From Phyllobates terribilis (Eukaryota), in assembly GCF_046119375.1 (NCBI RefSeq), contig NW_027362765.1:161882001-161946000 (forward strand): a stretch of 64,000 bases of DNA, written 5' to 3'. Numbering within the stretch: the stretch's first letter is position 1; each line of letters starts with the position of its first letter. Under the pieces are notes generated by a model. The model was not told the origin of the DNA. It worked only from the letters and a program-made list of their open reading frames with translations, and did not search any database. This document shows, piece by piece, positions 45,324 through 64,000 of this stretch. A program made the position numbers and the translations under genes.

Positions 45324-46401
45324 AGGGGTATTTTCAAGTTTCCCTATTTACAGAATGGGGTAAACAATGTCGAATCCTGACGGTCCGACCACTAAGACAC
45401 CGCCAATCCCGAGAAACCATGGCCCCTTTGTGAATGAAGCTGCTGTGGATAATGCACACTGCTGCTCCATCTATTCTTAATGGTACTGCTGGAGATAGAT
45501 CGGCACATGGCTCGGCTGAGATTCTGCTGGAGATAGATCAGCACATGGCTCGGCTGAGATTCTGCTGGAGATAGATCGGCACATGGCTCGGCTGAGATTA
45601 TGCTGGAGATAGATCGGCACATGGCTCGGCTGAGATTATGCAGGAGATAGATCAGCACATGGCTCGGTTGAGGTTCTACTGGAGATAGATCAGCACATGG
45701 CTCGGTTGAGGTTCTACTGGAGATAGATCAGCACATGGCTCGGTTGAGGTTCTACTGGAGATAGATCAGCACATGGCTCGGCTGAGATTCTGCTGGAGAT
45801 AGATCAGCACATGGCTCGGCTGAGATTATGCTGGAGATAGATCGGCACATGGCTCGGCTGAGATTATGCAGGAGATAGATCAGCACATGGCTCGGTTGAG
45901 GTTCTACTGGAGATAGATCAGCAAATGGCTCGGCTGAGATTATGCTGGAGATAGATCGGCACATGGCTCGGCTGAGATTATGCAGGAGATAGATCAGCAC
46001 ATGGCTCGGTTGAGGTTCTACTGGAGATAGATCAGCACATGGCTCGGCTGAGATTATGCTGGAGATAGATCGGCACATGGCTCGGCTGAGATTATGCAGG
46101 AGATAGATCAGCACATGGCTCGGTTGAGGTTCTACTGGAGATAGATCGGCACATGGCTCGGTTGAGGTTCTGCTGGAGATAGATCAGCACATGGCTCGGT
46201 TGAGATTCTGCTGGAGATTGATCAGCATATGGCTCGGCTGATTATTGGTACTCCCATTAAGAATGAATGGAGTGCCTGCGCACATGATCAACCACGACTC
46301 CACTCACAAGGGGTTCTTCAGAGCCACAATTGTTGGAATCGGTGGGGGTCTCAGCAGTCAGATGTGGATATGGGATAACTTCAAAACTTGATAATACCCT
46401 T
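45324..46401. mobile_element. T2/Kolobok-type MITE inflated by an internal minisatellite
   Basis: TTAA|AGGGGTATTTTCAAGTTT...AAACTTGATAATACCCTT|TTAA. Confidence 0.75.
45490..46222. repeat. Minisatellite, 38-bp unit (CTGGAGATAGATCAGCACATGGCTCGGCTGAGATTATG), ~19 copies
   Basis: Direct tandem array with patterned variants. Confidence 0.95.
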
Positions 46402-47483
46402 TTAAGTAAAAACACAGATGCTTAACATCCCTTGGTATTCTCAACAACTATATGTAGAGATGTGAAGCAAAGATCCTAAAATAAAATGGTCCTCTCATGT
46501 TGTATTGTTTAGTATTTGTAAAAAAATATGTTTGCTACCCCCTTTTCTGAATGAGCTCTGCTGGTCGAGGACTTGTATACTTTAGATATTTTCCGGTATA
46601 TTGAAAGACCAGCTGGAGTAATTAGTCATACAAGGAGAAGTTGCATACTATCCTATAATAATACTATGAGGGTAGTGCATATAGTTTTATAAATACGTAT
46701 CGCGGTTTATTATGTGGTTTGAAGTCCACTTATGGGTAGCAATTCTGCTTGTCTAGGGTCTTGCTCCACATGTTAACTGAATGGGTGATGTAAAATTGTT
46801 GCATGTGGGTAACAATCATTGATTTTTGTCACTTATGCAGAAATACTATTTATCTATATTTTATTCTGGGGTCTTGAGGTGCTGGCACTGCAGAATGCAT
46901 TTTTCCGATGCGTTTTTCTGCTACGTGGCAAGGTACCCTAGCTACTTTTCATTCATTCCGCTCTCTGTTTTTCACATTATGACTTGCTCTTTAAGACCCT
47001 GTGGATTCCAGTTTCGTCCTCCAGGAGGGCTGTAAGCATCCAGATCACATTACTCAGTGTGGATTGCTCTGTATTACTACATTTGTTTTAGGAAGATGGT
47101 GGAAACTGTGAGTGGAGTAAAGTTTTTTAGAGATTTACTGAGGACTACTGTGTGATCCACAAGATCCGATGCTTCCTAGTCTTATCCTTCAAGGAGCTCA
47201 GACTATCTGCATCCCTGTGTATGGCCTGGAAGGAGCTCGTCTGAGTGTCACCGCCAAGCTGGCAGTAAGCAGTCCCTACAGCCCCCCTGCTAGTCTTCCC
47301 TTCTTCTGGCTGAGTCTCCCTCCACTTTTCTCATTCCTCTCATCCCCATCTTGTGGCTCGGCTCTGACTAAAGCTTGATGCTACATTCCAGGCTGCCTTC
47401 TAAACTTTTCTGAGAAGTTTACCTGTAGTTTCTAAACTTTTCTGGGACACCCATCCTCCCTGGCACATCCTGCTGTTGCCGCC

Positions 47484-62089
<14,606 letters not shown>

Positions 62090-62419
62090 GCAACGATCAA
62101 TAGTGGATCATGAGAGGGATTGTATGAGGTTAGAAAAACTTCGCTACTCTCTTCTAGAGACCGTGCCACTCTTGTGAAGAACTGCAATACCAGATACCGC
62201 CAATGGACAAGAGTGGCGCTGTTTCGAGAAGTCATTAGCTGTGTCATGTTTACCTCTCACATAGTTGCTGACGGACCACCACATCTTACAATTTGGTACC
62301 AGTGCCAATAAAAAAATGGGAGTACTGCCAAATATAGGAAGATGCCATTCCAGTCATTGTACGAGTCAGTCTAAACCGAAGACAAGCTGATATTCATCAT
62401 GCCCAGGATCTGCCGGCAT

Positions 62420-62422
<3 letters not shown>

Positions 62423-62478
<56 letters not shown>
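62423..62478. repeat. (TA)n microsatellite just downstream of the P3H4 polyA signal
   Basis: Direct observation. Confidence 0.95.
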
Positions 62479-62482
<4 letters not shown>

Positions 62483-64000
62483 CACATCCGACCGCGTGGA
62501 TGAAAATGAAAGGTCTTCAGTTATTAAAATGGATATGGACAAGGAACTGTAAACCAGCTGGAATGTGACTGGTTTGTGCCCCGATGTCTGTAAGGGGATG
62601 GATTTGTATGGAGGCCCCCTTATCCCGTGCTTTCATCAAGATTTAAAGGGGTCCTTCAGTTTAATGTAAATAAGGCTTTATAATTGTATAATAAAATGGT
62701 CTGCAGCTTTCTAATGTACATTGGACCTCATTCATTATTGTATTCTTTTGTTTAGTTTTTGCGGTTTACATTTACGCCTAATTCTTTTAATGTACGCCTT
62801 TCTGAAAAGCTACTTTATGTTCTTTATTGTGAGTGGAATTTGTGATTTCCAAAGGTTTTTGCCCAATTCATCAATTTGCCACCCATGATGTACTCCAGTC
62901 TCTTCTCTCATGGAGTGAATTTTTGTTCGCCAGAATTTTTTTGGGAAAGTTTTACACTGTTTTGCTAAACAGGAGATTTTTTTTTGCACTTAAAAAAAAA
63001 AAAAAAAAAAAACACATTACAAACAATATTAAGAGACTTTTTTTTCTTTGCACAAAATTCATGAACCAAGAGGAAATTCACCCCAAGAGGAATTTGGTGC
63101 AGAAAAAAAAAAAAACAGTGAACACCCAGACAATAAAAGATGAATCAGGGTCTCTGTTTTCTAACATGTTCAGCATTTCCAGGATCTCTGCTTGTGGTTC
63201 ATTAATAAGAACATTCTTATTTTTCTTATTTACATCCTGAGGCTGAAGACCATGTACAGTGCTAATACTTTCACCGCTGAGAGATGGCTGCAACTGCAGA
63301 CGATATTCTATGGGAAAAATAACCAGGGCTGATACATTGTAGCAAACAGTCCAGCAATTTGTAGAATTGGCAAAATAGAAGAAACTTCTGTGACTTTCTT
63401 ATTCATCAGAATAGAACTTGCGGACATCCATAGGCTTGTTGCCAAAACAGCCCCGTTCAGATGAATGGAACTCAGTAGCGTAGTTACCGGAGGGGCACAC
63501 TGAGCTATGAACTGTATCGGTATCCGCAGGATAGGTCATCAATGTCTGATCGGCGCCCCGCTGACCAGCTATTCCCAGTGTTGGATGTGCTCACTAGCGC
63601 TTAGATGCGGAGCTGCACAGTTCCATCAACTTTATAGTGGCCGCATCCGGGTAATGCACATCCACCCCATAGCCAAATCAACAGAGGGCGGATGTGCATC
63701 AATGTTAAAATCCCGCATAGCCCCTTCAAAACCTCATGTGCTTAGTAGTGGACATTCTGCATTTTCCCATAATGCTCCTCCAATTTTTCCCAGAATCTTA
63801 TTTAGGTCCACGTTGGCGATTTGGAGCTCTGAATGAGAAAACAGGATCACTAATACACTTTGAGCCACATTCCTACAATGTGGGGCCACACCACTTTTTG
63901 TGACCCACAAATAAATCAGTATAAAACTAGATGCAACAATTTACAACAAAATTTGGCACTTTTTTCCCCACTGAGGTTTACTCAATAGTAAATGTGGCCC

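Noticed and set aside
45490-46222. 38-bp direct repeats superficially like a CRISPR array
   Set aside because: Units are contiguous with no unique spacers, there are no cas genes, and the context is eukaryotic; it is a minisatellite.
47000-47050. Minus-strand GGACGAAAC as a second hammerhead
   Set aside because: No CUGANGA/UUGANAA core at the right spacing and no helix I.

Overview
Eukaryotic (vertebrate) genomic DNA, most likely an anuran amphibian (frog), judged from the repeat complement: T2/Kolobok-type TTAA MITEs, V-SINE, a CR1 tail (TATGTAAC)n and Gypsy solo LTRs. Three spliced genes can be reconstructed exon by exon with GT-AG boundaries and consistent phases, in the same arrangement as human 17q21.2: NT5C3B (+, 9 coding exons, 290 aa), FKBP10 (-, 10 coding exons, 564 aa, C-terminal HEEL) and P3H4/SC65 (+, 7 coding exons, 433 aa). 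Introns and spacers are packed with transposons, many nested. There are six Tc1-type elements covering four catalytic spacings (DD34E, DD35E, DD37E, DD38E), two with intact transposase ORFs. Also present: hAT, piggyBac-like, pogo/Tc2-like, Harbinger-like and T2 MITEs, solo LTRs with 4-bp TSDs, SINE/LINE relics, three minisatellites and a 157-N gap. The best lead is a full-length DD35E (Traveler-type) element in the last intron of NT5C3B. It supplies a strong splice acceptor exactly in frame with NT5C3B exon 8, plus its own stop and AATAAA, so it could act as a ready-made alternative terminal exon for a nucleotidase-transposase fusion. Other leads are a minimal hammerhead ribozyme in NT5C3B intron 2 and a foldback element built from two right ends of a DD37E transposon. 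All family names come from motif recognition by eye; no database searches were run.
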